A stretch of DNA of 44,848 nucleotides from an uncultured archaeon (GTDB lineage Archaea; Nanobdellota; Nanobdellia; Woesearchaeales; CAIVOO01): NCBI GenBank assembly GCA_963845175.1, contig CAWJRI010000006.1, forward strand, positions 1-44,848, in the 5' to 3' direction. Every line of letters starts with the position of its first letter. The first letter of the stretch is position 1. Shown piece after piece: positions 1-9,106 of the stretch. The position numbers and the translations under genes were made by a program. Below the pieces are notes generated by a model, which had not been told where the DNA came from, did no database searches, and saw only the letters and a list, made by a program, of their open reading frames with translations.

Positions 1-14
1 AAAAAGCAGAAGTA

Positions 15-530
15 ATGGCCGATGTCAGGAAAATCAGGCAGGAAAATGAATGTGAATACAGGGAGTTTCAGGAAGGCTGTTCAATTTTTGGTAACGAAGA
101 AAAAGGGAACCCAGAAGACGAACTGCCCTTCATAGATGCGGAGGAAGTTCTGGAAGAGATTATTGAAGAGACTGTCGCTGCCCAGGGAATTTTCAGCACG
201 AAAGATATAGAAAAGGAATTTTGGGGTAGCTCCAGAGAAGAAATCTACCAAAAATCTGAAGAGGCGCGAAAAAAGCCTGAAAGGCCTGAATACTGGAAAG
301 TAGAGGTTGCCAGGCCTGAACTCTACTTTAACAAGATTCCGGCAGTCATAAATATTGGACGCTTTAATCGTTTTGAGCTAAGCAATAAAGAAAAGGAAAC
401 ATTGAAGATGGTAGATGGAAAAAAGACAATAAAGGAAATACTTGAAAAAAGCTCGATGAAGCCTGAAGATGCACTGAATCTGATTGTTTACATGGGGAAG
501 CAGGGTGTGTTGGGTCACAAACAAAAATAG
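15..530 (+). CDS. hypothetical acidic protein, possible C-terminal winged-helix-like segment
   Basis: 171-aa ATG ORF. The N-terminal half is very acidic (EDELPFIDAEEVLEEIIEE). The C-terminal segment ELSNKEKETLKMVDGKKTIKEILEKSSMKPEDALNLIVYMGKQGVL has wHTH-like spacing. No family recognised. Confidence 0.35.
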   Translation: MADVRKIRQENECEYREFQEGCSIFGNEEKGNPEDELPFIDAEEVLEEIIEETVAAQGIFSTKDIEKEFWGSSREEIYQKSEEARKKPERPEYWKVEVARPELYFNKIPAVINIGRFNRFELSNKEKETLKMVDGKKTIKEILEKSSMKPEDALNLIVYMGKQGVLGHKQK

Positions 531-991
531 AAAATATCTTTCTCTTCCTCAACTCTCTTCTTGACTTGAAAGATTGTTTCAATCAGTTTTTCTATATTCT
601 TTCTTTTGCCTGATTTCTTCAGGAAGCTCAGAACAAATTTCTTTCCAACTCTCTTAATTTCTCTCAGCCCTTTTTCAGTGTCATCAAAGTTCTGGATTGC
701 TGTTATTGAAACAACAAAGTCAAATTCATTGTCCTTGAAAGGCAGTTTCTCTGCATTTGCTTTTATGAATTTTATTTCAGGATAGTTTTTTCTGGCAATT
801 TTAAGCAGTTCTTCAGAAGGGTCGATGCCAATGCTGCATTTGAAGAATCCGGTTGAGACACCTGTTCCGCAGCCGACATCCAAGCCATTGCTTTCTAATT
901 TAACATATTTGGCAATGAAATTAAGCTTCTTGAGCTGTTCTTCCCTGTGCAATTCATTGTAGCCAGATGCGATTTGGTTGTAATAGGTCAT
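515..991 (-). CDS. class I SAM-dependent methyltransferase
   Basis: SAM-binding motif LDVGCGTGVSTGFF, followed by GIDPSEE and NAEKLPF..FDFVVS, the Methyltransf_11-like pattern. 158 aa. Confidence 0.8.
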   Translation of the reverse strand: MTYYNQIASGYNELHREEQLKKLNFIAKYVKLESNGLDVGCGTGVSTGFFKCSIGIDPSEELLKIARKNYPEIKFIKANAEKLPFKDNEFDFVVSITAIQNFDDTEKGLREIKRVGKKFVLSFLKKSGKRKNIEKLIETIFQVKKRVEEEKDIFYFCL

Positions 992-1051
992 ATTATTGGG
1001 GTTTTATCTGCATTATTTAAATGTTTATTTTCAATATTATAAATATATTAT

Positions 1052-1070
1052 GTTATTACTAATAAGTAAC
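1052..1070. promoter_or_regulatory. imperfect palindrome GTTATTACT-A-ATAAGTAAC (candidate operator)
   Basis: TTACT..AGTAA inverted arms sit just upstream of the BRE/TATA. Related copies are at 5442-5460 and 40122-40137. Confidence 0.35.
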
Positions 1071-1076
1071 TAAAAT

Positions 1077-1091
1077 AGAAAGATTTAAATA
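1077..1091 (+). promoter_or_regulatory. BRE/TATA-like promoter element AGAAAGATTTAAATA
   Basis: Lies about 24 nt upstream of ATG 1115. The same core AGAAAGATTTAWATA recurs at 26603-26619(-) and 40099-40115(-). Confidence 0.5.
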
Positions 1092-1114
1092 GGAGAATAA
1101 TTCTTAAATTAAGA

Positions 1115-2032
1115 ATGATGTCAAGAAGAGAGTTTTTAAGATTGCTTGGTACAGGCGCTTTGGTTGTGGGGCTAATAGATTCTCCATTAATTTCTCCGCT
1201 AGAAAAAGTGGTTTCTTCTGCTTTTGCGCAAACAATCCCAAAGGATTATGACCATCAGGTACCAAATTGGAGAGAGATTTCAAAAGGACTTTATTTTGCA
1301 AGAGTTGATATTTATAATAAAGGCAAGAAAGTTGATACTGTTGCAGTTTCAAAAATAAATCCTGAGTTTAATCAGATAAGAGTATTCAACAGCTACGAAG
1401 GTCCTGAAAATTATGAATTGCTTACAATAGAAGATTGGAGGGACAGAACAAATGCAACAATTATGTTTAACAGCGCCCAATATATGGGAAGACCATATGC
1501 CTCTCCTTGTGCATTAATAATGTGCGATGGAAGAAAAAAAGGTCCCAAATTTAATAAAACTGCAAGAGGTATGCTTGTTGCAGAGCCAACAGATGAAAAA
1601 TTGCCGAAGGCTAACCTCCTTGATTTTGACTTTGACCATTTCGACCCAGACACAACTAAATATACTCAAGGTGTTCAGCACTGGCCTATATTACTTGATA
1701 AAAATGGCAACATAAAAGTTAAAAGAACAGACTGGCTGGCAAACAGGACAGTTGTTTCAAAAGATAGAGAAGGAGATATTGTAGTATTCACAACAGAAGG
1801 AGGCTATTTCACACTCTACGAATTTGGACGATTCTTAAAGGACAGCAACTTTAACATAGAATGCGCCATGAACATGGACGGCGGATATGAAGCTGAAATG
1901 ATTGTGAAGAGCAAAGATTTCAATTATGTAACCTACGGCCAGTTTGAAACTTACGGCCCGATGCACAATGCATCAATTCCCGGAGCAAGATGTAGAATTC
2001 CAGGAGTTATTGGAGTGTTCCCGAGAAAATAA
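1115..2032 (+). CDS. secreted phosphodiester glycosidase-family protein (NAGPA/DUF2233-like) with twin-arginine signal
   Basis: N-terminus MMSRREFLRLLGTGALVVG is a Tat-type signal. The C-terminal AMNMDGGYEAEM and overall layout resemble the phosphodiester glycosidase family. Confidence 0.55.
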   Translation: MMSRREFLRLLGTGALVVGLIDSPLISPLEKVVSSAFAQTIPKDYDHQVPNWREISKGLYFARVDIYNKGKKVDTVAVSKINPEFNQIRVFNSYEGPENYELLTIEDWRDRTNATIMFNSAQYMGRPYASPCALIMCDGRKKGPKFNKTARGMLVAEPTDEKLPKANLLDFDFDHFDPDTTKYTQGVQHWPILLDKNGNIKVKRTDWLANRTVVSKDREGDIVVFTTEGGYFTLYEFGRFLKDSNFNIECAMNMDGGYEAEMIVKSKDFNYVTYGQFETYGPMHNASIPGARCRIPGVIGVFPRK

Positions 2033-4108
2033 TCAGCTTGGAACTTTCTTAAAGAAACCTGCATTTTTTAAAACGCTTACTGTTGCGCCAACTCTTTTTG
2101 CATTTATTAACGAGTTTTCTTTCGGTTCTGGTACAGCATTAACAAAATCTAGCCCTCTTTTCTTAAGCTCCGCTTTAGCTGTGCCAGCTCCTGAATTATA
2201 ATACATATATGTACCTGCATTAAGCTGATCCTCTGTTAATGTGTCTTCACATTTTTTATTCCCGCAAAGACCAATTGACTGAGCATCACTTAAGAAGGTG
2301 TCTCTTCTTAATTTAAGTTCTGCACCAAATGCTTCAATTGCATAATCAACATTGTTAAAAATTGGGTAGGTCAGTTCAACTTTTCCGCCTGCTTCAGTTC
2401 TTTCGACAGTGGATGTATCAAATTCTTTAAAATCTTGTCTTAGATAACCTTTTTGTTTTAGCTCATTTATATCATAGACGAAATAATCCGTGCCTAAATA
2501 ATCAAAACCATCAACTGGCGCGGAAGGATCATCATAGTACCTTTTATCCATATACATATTAAGTCCTTCCTGGAAAACTGAAGCGGTAAGTAAATTTATA
2601 TCCAATCCTGTTCGTTCACTTGTTGCAAGCAGGGCGTTTACCACCCTCTCTTCACGTGCGTCATCAAAATATCCTGCAACAGCCATTGGAGCAATGCCCC
2701 ATTTATCTTCTGCATCTTGTTTAAATTTATCATAAGCAGCATGGTTGTTTGTCAACATTTCTCCAGTAGATGAAATTACATCAAGTGCCAAATCAGAAAA
2801 TTTTCCTATTTTTTTGCAGATGGAGCATTGCTCAATATCACTTTTTGAGATGCTTTGTGTGTGTATTTCTCCCTCTTCATCCTTCCATGTCAATGATATA
2901 TCTGTGCCCTTTGAAGCATCACCATAAACAACAACACCCCCCGGAGTTACATCATATTGTACGACTCCATTGTCATTATAAACAACGCGCCCGGCAGTAA
3001 CGCCTTTAACATTTAGAGAAGCAATATCCTTATTATATCTATTTACAACTAAATTATTATTTCCTGCGTCTCCAGATTGAGATATGCTCATATCATGTCC
3101 TACTACTGCGATGCAGGTCGCTAGTATGCCTGCGCAACCATCTTGTGTGTTATAATAAAGAAGAGGGGCATCACGTAGTGTTTCATAATGAATAGAACTT
3201 ATTACTGCATTAGTGTTCCAATCATATGTTTTATAATCCAGAGCTGTTTTGCCTGAGTTCACTCCAAAGTTCATATGTCCATCTCCATAAAAATTAACGG
3301 CCCCTCCTGAAATTGTCGCCCTTGTTTTTTCAGAAAGGTCAGTAATTTTAAGCTCCTTATAACCGCTTTCAACCTCAATAAAATTTTCCTTATTATTAAT
3401 CCCAAAATAAAATTCTGAGTCTGATGCAAAAATTTTATTACCGAATGTTACCACTGTTCTTACACCTTTTGGAGGAAATAAACTAATTATAACATTATAC
3501 TCGTTAGAAGATGTTGCGATAGCTGCGCCGGAAATTGTTATATCGCTATTTACTTCTATTTTTTTTCCATTAGACATTATTGTTGCCCCGGCAGGTATAA
3601 CTAATTCTCCCTTTGGTAAAACCTGCGGATTTGGCGGACCTTTAAAATCTGAAGGTACAAATTGAGTTGAGTGCTGTCCTTCTGTAATAATTATAGTACC
3701 ATCATAAAAATGTATCTTCGCACCTTGGTCGTCAATTCCAAGGCGAGCCAACCAAGCCTTTTTTGCATCGGGGTTATCGTTAACAATACTTGTATCTCCC
3801 TTAACATAAGTATCAAATACTTTGAAAACATCATTATTAGAAAGCAAATCAGATTTTGATTCCACTGCCCGAGCTAAATCAGTATAATCCAATTTTTCTA
3901 CGATAGATGGTTTTTGGCTAAGAGCGCCTGCAAGCTGCGAGCCGGTAATCACGCTGAAATCAAAAACTTTTCCTGTATCGATGGCATCTGCAAGTTTCTG
4001 CGGGTCTTTTGCTATATCCTGTACTTCCTTGTCTGTAAGCGGTTTTTCCTGCGCTAAAACTATGCCTGCTATAATCAATAGCAATAACAACATTATTGTT
4101 TTTTTCAT
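2033..4108 (-). CDS. large secreted protein (module 1, gene B), family unknown
   Basis: 691-aa ORF with Sec-type signal MKKTIMLLLLLIIAGIVLAQE. The central part is Gly/Asn/Thr/Val-rich and looks beta-rich; the C-terminal ~200 aa look globular. The start overlaps the stop of the upstream gene (4105-4108). Confidence 0.6.
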   Translation of the reverse strand: MKKTIMLLLLLIIAGIVLAQEKPLTDKEVQDIAKDPQKLADAIDTGKVFDFSVITGSQLAGALSQKPSIVEKLDYTDLARAVESKSDLLSNNDVFKVFDTYVKGDTSIVNDNPDAKKAWLARLGIDDQGAKIHFYDGTIIITEGQHSTQFVPSDFKGPPNPQVLPKGELVIPAGATIMSNGKKIEVNSDITISGAAIATSSNEYNVIISLFPPKGVRTVVTFGNKIFASDSEFYFGINNKENFIEVESGYKELKITDLSEKTRATISGGAVNFYGDGHMNFGVNSGKTALDYKTYDWNTNAVISSIHYETLRDAPLLYYNTQDGCAGILATCIAVVGHDMSISQSGDAGNNNLVVNRYNKDIASLNVKGVTAGRVVYNDNGVVQYDVTPGGVVVYGDASKGTDISLTWKDEEGEIHTQSISKSDIEQCSICKKIGKFSDLALDVISSTGEMLTNNHAAYDKFKQDAEDKWGIAPMAVAGYFDDAREERVVNALLATSERTGLDINLLTASVFQEGLNMYMDKRYYDDPSAPVDGFDYLGTDYFVYDINELKQKGYLRQDFKEFDTSTVERTEAGGKVELTYPIFNNVDYAIEAFGAELKLRRDTFLSDAQSIGLCGNKKCEDTLTEDQLNAGTYMYYNSGAGTAKAELKKRGLDFVNAVPEPKENSLINAKRVGATVSVLKNAGFFKKVPS

Positions 4109-5373
4109 TTTACCTTAAGCAGCATTAATGCCTCACTGTATCCGACATTATTGCCTACTGTGATTTTTATTGAATAATCACCTGTCTGATTTGGCATAAA
4201 ATTTATTTCTCCTGTTGTTGGGTTAATGTCAAACAGGCTTGTGTTATCTTCAAAGTATAAATATTCTTTGTAAGGGTCTGAAGCGTTAACCTTATAATAA
4301 AATGTTTTGTTTACAGCTGCGTCTAAAATAATTGTTGAGTTTATTGACGGAAGCAGATTCTTTTGCTCTATGTCAATAGTCATATAAGCTGTATCGCTAT
4401 TTCCATATTTATCTGTGGCAGTTATTTTTATTTCCCTAACGCCGTCCTCCCAACGGGTTGTATCAAAGGATATTGAACCATTTTTTGGGTCGATGTCAAA
4501 CATAGTTGTATCGTCATAAAATTTCAGGTCTGTTCCTCTGGCCTTGACTTGATATTTGAAGATCTGCGGCGCTGAGATTACAAATTCAGGAATTGGGTAG
4601 ATTTCGACATTTTTCTGAGGAAAAATAGCTGACCAGTTATATTTTACTTTTATTGGATAAATCAATGGCTTGTTTCTTAAGCTGGTGTTGAAGGTAAACA
4701 CATAAAAGACAATATCATCTGGAAAATTTATAACCTCAAATGTAAAATTATTTTTATATGCCAGGCCAGTTATTGAAGAGAATGGGATTGAATTTGGTGT
4801 TTTGTTTTGTTCGTCAATTATCTTTCTTATCAGGTTATATTTTTCATAAAAATTAATATCAACAGGAACAGAAAACTCATTCAAAACTGACAGCTGGTTG
4901 TCTTTTGTTATTTTTATCGGATAGTTGACATTAATAACTACATTTTTTGCCGCAATCGTTGAATTCACAGAAATATTTGAAGTTTCAAAATTGTAACCCT
5001 CTGTCCTGAAGTTTTCGAAATTATTAAGGCAATCCGAAAGGTTATTCTCTATATAGAGCGAAAGCTGCTTTTCAATAATTTCTTTTTTCGGCATTGTTTC
5101 TTTTCCTTCGTAAAAATAATATGGTATTCCGTAAGTGCCATTTATCTTATAGAACCCGCCTTTTGAGGAAATATCAAAAATGCCATCCTGAGCAACAGAA
5201 AGGATGCAGGAATCAACATAACCGCTTATCTTTTCCACAGGCAATTGATTGGCTTCAACTTTTAATTCCTTTTCTATTGCAAAGCTTCGCAAATAAAGAA
5301 CCAACCCCGTTGCAAACAAGATAATTATTCCAATCACCAAAAATATTGTTATCTGCCCTCTTTTGGGATGCAT
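4105..5373 (-). CDS. class III (type IV pilin-like) signal-peptide protein with two C-terminal cadherin-like Ig repeats (module 1, gene A)
   Basis: N-terminus MHPKRGQITIFLVIGIIILF has a KRG/Q prepilin-peptidase-like site followed by a hydrophobic helix. The N-terminal ~230 aa are paralogous to 9103..9885. Two repeats fit the pattern FDIxPxxGxIxF....Y.I.IT..D..G (FDIDPKNGSISF, FDINPTTGEINF). Confidence 0.6.
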   Translation of the reverse strand: MHPKRGQITIFLVIGIIILFATGLVLYLRSFAIEKELKVEANQLPVEKISGYVDSCILSVAQDGIFDISSKGGFYKINGTYGIPYYFYEGKETMPKKEIIEKQLSLYIENNLSDCLNNFENFRTEGYNFETSNISVNSTIAAKNVVINVNYPIKITKDNQLSVLNEFSVPVDINFYEKYNLIRKIIDEQNKTPNSIPFSSITGLAYKNNFTFEVINFPDDIVFYVFTFNTSLRNKPLIYPIKVKYNWSAIFPQKNVEIYPIPEFVISAPQIFKYQVKARGTDLKFYDDTTMFDIDPKNGSISFDTTRWEDGVREIKITATDKYGNSDTAYMTIDIEQKNLLPSINSTIILDAAVNKTFYYKVNASDPYKEYLYFEDNTSLFDINPTTGEINFMPNQTGDYSIKITVGNNVGYSEALMLLKVK

Positions 5374-5441
5374 TTAAGGATATTTTAAATCTAGTATATA
5401 TATAATTTACTGAATATTTATTTTCAATATTGAAATAATAT

Positions 5442-5460
5442 TTTATTACTGATAGGTAAC
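5442..5460. promoter_or_regulatory. imperfect palindrome TTTATTACT-G-ATAGGTAAC (candidate operator)
   Basis: Immediately precedes the BRE/TATA at 5461-5474. It is embedded in a ~60-nt block similar to 1024-1092. Confidence 0.35.
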
Positions 5461-5474
5461 GAAAGGTTTAAATA
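5461..5474 (+). promoter_or_regulatory. BRE/TATA-like promoter element GAAAGGTTTAAATA
   Basis: Lies about 36 nt upstream of ATG 5510 in an AT-rich divergent intergenic region. Confidence 0.5.
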
Positions 5475-5509
5475 CCTGTAATATAATCTAATACAACGTA
5501 TTGGCTAAA

Positions 5510-5644
5510 ATGAAGCACAACCTCAGCATAACCCTGGAAGAGGACCTTGTTCTAAAGATAATTGAAAAATCAAAGGAGCACAGGTTCAGGAACAGAAGCC
5601 ATTTCGTGGAGTGCGCTCTGAGGGAGTATCTGGAGGGAAAATGA
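5510..5644 (+). CDS. ribbon-helix-helix (CopG/MetJ-type) DNA-binding protein, 44 aa
   Basis: Not in the ORF track because it is under 60 aa. Hand translation: MKHNLSITLEEDLVLKIIEKSKEHRFRNRSHFVECALREYLEGK. The layout is beta-strand (LSITLEEDL), helix, then the NRS-HFVECALREYL helix typical of RHH proteins. Its stop overlaps the next ATG (ATGA at 5641-5644). Confidence 0.6.
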   Translation: MKHNLSITLEEDLVLKIIEKSKEHRFRNRSHFVECALREYLEGK

Positions 5645-6507
5645 AGCTGAAGAACTGGTTAATAGCTGCAGGATTTCTTGTACCTTTTGTAGCTTGCACT
5701 CCAGCAAAAGCAGTAAATCCAGATGACCCTGTTGGAAATGTTATTGGCAATTATTGCAAAAATATTATTGAAGAATCGATGGGAAAATTTGTATTCACTA
5801 AAAGCAGGGAAGAAAAAATAAAGCTTGTGAAAGATTTAAGCAAATGTATTGAAGTTCCTGAAACGCATGAAGAGCTTGAACAAAAACTAATCAATGAAGG
5901 ATACATTTACCGCCAAAATCTTTTTGGAAAAATAACAGAGCCAATAAAAACAGTAGTTGACAATGGAAATAAGTATGATGTCATAATTTATAAGCCATTA
6001 ACATCAATAGATAATTCTTTTGACAATCCAAGCGCATTTAATGTGTATAGAAAGATATTTGTTAATGAGAAAGCTGTAAAAGACCTTGTTGGTGGAGTTT
6101 TTGAACTCTATAAAGTCAAGGATTTGGATGTTTTTTCTGTAAGAATCAATAAAAAATTTTACAATTCATTAAAAGGGAAGGATGACAAAGAAACATGGCA
6201 GAATTTATACAACGACATCTTTGAGAATTATGTACAGCACGAGCTTGAACATTTGAGAAACAAGGACGAAGGAAACAATGTGCCAAGCGAAGTGAAGGCT
6301 TATGTCGGCTCGTTCATAAGAGCGCCGTCTTATAATACCTTCATAGATTTAGATTATCTCGAAGGAGTAAAAGATTCTATTTGCGGAAAAGCCGGAAAAA
6401 GAATATTTGATTTGTTTGAAGTCCATGGCGTGCCCAAGAAAAAAATTCCGGACATGTCTCTTGAAGAGCTGAAGAAAGTCGCAGAAGAGATTTACAAGGA
6501 GTTGTGA
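5641..6507 (+). CDS. signal/anchor-bearing HExxH protein, putative zinc metallopeptidase (paralog 1)
   Basis: The likely start is MKLKNWLIAAGFLVPFVAC, a hydrophobic and lipobox-like N-terminus; the track ORF begins at an upstream non-ATG codon at 5611. Motif QHELEHLRNKDE is followed by SEVKAY..APSYNTFIDL and RIFDLF. Clear paralog of 6512..7333. Confidence 0.6.
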   Translation: MKLKNWLIAAGFLVPFVACTPAKAVNPDDPVGNVIGNYCKNIIEESMGKFVFTKSREEKIKLVKDLSKCIEVPETHEELEQKLINEGYIYRQNLFGKITEPIKTVVDNGNKYDVIIYKPLTSIDNSFDNPSAFNVYRKIFVNEKAVKDLVGGVFELYKVKDLDVFSVRINKKFYNSLKGKDDKETWQNLYNDIFENYVQHELEHLRNKDEGNNVPSEVKAYVGSFIRAPSYNTFIDLDYLEGVKDSICGKAGKRIFDLFEVHGVPKKKIPDMSLEELKKVAEEIYKEL

Positions 6508-6511
6508 TAAA

Positions 6512-7333
6512 ATGAAACTGAAGAATTGGTTAATTGCAGGAGGAATTATTGCAGCTTTGGCAGCTTCAGCTGTGCACAAGAAGCTAAATTACTGCCAGAA
6601 CCACATCGAAGATGTGATGAAAAAGTATGTCATGGCTTCTCCCCAGGAAAGAGGGGAAATGTATGGTGAGTTTGGCGAATGCCTGAAAGTTCCTGACACG
6701 ATTGAAGAATTCCTGCAGGAATTGGAGGACAAAGGCTATGTATGCACAGATGGATTTTTCGGAAAGATAACAGAGCCGATTAGAACAATAACTGACAATG
6801 GAAAAGAATACAAAGTAATCATGTATAATTCAATAGCGGATAGGCGTAATATTACAGCCACTCACAGCGTTAACAGAATATTGCTTGATAAAAAATTCAT
6901 TGATGGGGAAGTTAGCGATATAGTCCAATGGGGCGAATCAAACACGCCAAATAATGATATTTCAGCCAAACTAAAACTTCAGTTTTATAATTCCCAAAAA
7001 GGCGAAAATAACAAAGAAGCACGCAGCAATATATACAACAGCATTGTGGAAAATTACACTCAGCATGAAATGGAGCATATAAGAAATGGCGACCGAGAAT
7101 CGACTGTAAATGCTGAAATAAAAGCGGATCTTAAATCATTAATCAAAGCTCCATCATACAACACTTTCATAGACCTAGATAGTTTTGAAGCAGAAGGAAG
7201 CCCGATTTACAGTGAAACCGCAAAAAGAATATTTGATGAATTTGAAAAACACGGCGTACCGAAAGAGAAGATTCCAGAAACTTCTTTGGAAGAATTAAGC
7301 AGGGTTGCTGGAGAAATTTACAGAGAACTCTGA
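6512..7333 (+). CDS. signal/anchor-bearing HExxH protein, putative zinc metallopeptidase (paralog 2)
   Basis: N-terminus MKLKNWLIAGGIIAALAASA. Carries FGKITEPIRTITDNGKEYKVIMY, QHEMEHIRNGD, APSYNTFIDLD and RIFDEFEKHGVPKEKIPETSLEEL. Collinear with paralog 1. Confidence 0.6.
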   Translation: MKLKNWLIAGGIIAALAASAVHKKLNYCQNHIEDVMKKYVMASPQERGEMYGEFGECLKVPDTIEEFLQELEDKGYVCTDGFFGKITEPIRTITDNGKEYKVIMYNSIADRRNITATHSVNRILLDKKFIDGEVSDIVQWGESNTPNNDISAKLKLQFYNSQKGENNKEARSNIYNSIVENYTQHEMEHIRNGDRESTVNAEIKADLKSLIKAPSYNTFIDLDSFEAEGSPIYSETAKRIFDEFEKHGVPKEKIPETSLEELSRVAGEIYREL

Positions 7334-7354
7334 ATTATTTTATTACTGTCATTT

Positions 7355-9106
7355 TTATTTAGGCATCTGAGTTGCTTCTGCCTCGTTTATTGTCCCGGTT
7401 TCAGCCTGTCTTTTTAGAACTGTTATTATGCTTGGTGTACGTTTCTCTTGTCCAGCTGAGCCAAGAACCGTTCCTTCAGATGGAGATTTATCGACAATTA
7501 CTTCTGGCGAAGGTAAAGATAATGTTATTATTTGTGTAGTCTGGTCCTGATGAAAACCATGAATTGTCTTTACCGGCTCGCCTTCAGGATTTTTAGGATC
7601 TACAAAATTCAAATCTGAGCCATCCGTGGATAATGTGTACTCTCCTGAAGGTAATTTAGGTAATAATCCCGCACATGCTTGGTCTGTGCCGGTTTTTAAA
7701 TTTTTACACATTATTTCTCCATCTATTGTTTCTTTAACCTGATAGTTTTGGGTATTGAATATTTCGCCTAATGCAACACTCATATCAGAAAATTTAGAGC
7801 AAGTTCCTGTAACTGTACATTGCAGCTGTTCAGCCATTCCGGTTATCCATCTTGTTGCAGCGCCTGTGGTTGCTCCGCCTCCTGCTGGGCAATAATTAAC
7901 TTCTTCTATACCTGCAGTATCAGTATCTATTGTAATTGTCCCTCCATTTAAATCAAGCGGTTTTGTTCCGTCGTCACTTACTGGCTGCAAATCAATTGGC
8001 ACAGTCCCTTCTGTATCTGAAGGATTTGTATTCCTTGTATACACTTCATCATTAACGACTGCTGTTGTTGTCCCCCCATTTTCCATGACCCCGTTAATGG
8101 CAACAGTAGCAGGCTTGCCTGTAGTTGCAGACGTTAGTTCGGCATATTTCGCTGGTCCTAACTGTATATTGCCAATTACACCTTTAATGTAATCAGTGTC
8201 TCCTGTAAACTCCTCCACGCCCCCAATATTATGCGCTTCAAATTTGTCTCTTGTCATAATTACATAAGCTCCTGATGTGTCACACTGGGTTTTTTCCGGG
8301 CATATAGAAAACTCCTCGCTGGGTAAAAGACTCCTAAGTGCTAGGGAGGCATGAACTAAAAAAGTAATAGGTGTATAATCTACATAATTTATAGCACCTC
8401 CGCAAGTAAGGGGTGTTTGGCCAACCAATGGGCAGTTGGTATGTACATAAAGTTTGCCGTCTTTTGACATAACTTCCCCTTTTTCCCCCATGTCAACGCT
8501 ACTTCCATCAGGCAGTACAAACAATTCGACCTGCGCATTGCTTCCTGTAAGTACCGTGAGTTGTAAATTCATATTGCTTGGAAATGCCGCCCTTCCGTCT
8601 GTGATTGTAAGTCTATTTGATTCTGTAGTATAATCAAATTTTGTTCCGCCGGTTAACAGCACATCTGCTACGTTTCCTGATCCAGTTCCTGAAACAGTTC
8701 CAGATAGTGTTCTACTCAAGCCACCGTAAGTTACCGATTCTACATTTGTCACATGAGTTCCTTCGACTACGCCGTCTTTTATGGAAAACTTGCCGTTGCT
8801 GTCGACTTGTACGCCCGTCCCCGATTGGAACGTAACGCCATTAACGTTTGCATCTGTCAAGTCCATTGTTCCATCCTGTTCAAACTTTATTGTATCTGGA
8901 GTGATTATCTTCACGCCAGAAGGCAAGATAACCGGAAGATTTTGTGAAGGGTAGATGGAGCTTCCCTTGTAATCGCCAGGAATCACGCAGTTTCCTGTAG
9001 TGGGACATTGCCCTGTTTTTGTATCAAATGTTGTAGTTACATTTTCAGCCATTGCTGTGAATGCTAGCAGTATCATCATAATCATTGAAATTATCCCCAG
9101 TTTCAT
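7355..9106 (-). CDS. large secreted protein (module 2, gene B), family unknown
   Basis: 583-aa ORF with signal MKLGIISMIMMILLAFTAMAE. Gly/Thr/Val/Asn-rich with scattered Cys pairs. The start overlaps the upstream gene's stop (9103-9106). Confidence 0.6.
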   Translation of the reverse strand: MKLGIISMIMMILLAFTAMAENVTTTFDTKTGQCPTTGNCVIPGDYKGSSIYPSQNLPVILPSGVKIITPDTIKFEQDGTMDLTDANVNGVTFQSGTGVQVDSNGKFSIKDGVVEGTHVTNVESVTYGGLSRTLSGTVSGTGSGNVADVLLTGGTKFDYTTESNRLTITDGRAAFPSNMNLQLTVLTGSNAQVELFVLPDGSSVDMGEKGEVMSKDGKLYVHTNCPLVGQTPLTCGGAINYVDYTPITFLVHASLALRSLLPSEEFSICPEKTQCDTSGAYVIMTRDKFEAHNIGGVEEFTGDTDYIKGVIGNIQLGPAKYAELTSATTGKPATVAINGVMENGGTTTAVVNDEVYTRNTNPSDTEGTVPIDLQPVSDDGTKPLDLNGGTITIDTDTAGIEEVNYCPAGGGATTGAATRWITGMAEQLQCTVTGTCSKFSDMSVALGEIFNTQNYQVKETIDGEIMCKNLKTGTDQACAGLLPKLPSGEYTLSTDGSDLNFVDPKNPEGEPVKTIHGFHQDQTTQIITLSLPSPEVIVDKSPSEGTVLGSAGQEKRTPSIITVLKRQAETGTINEAEATQMPK

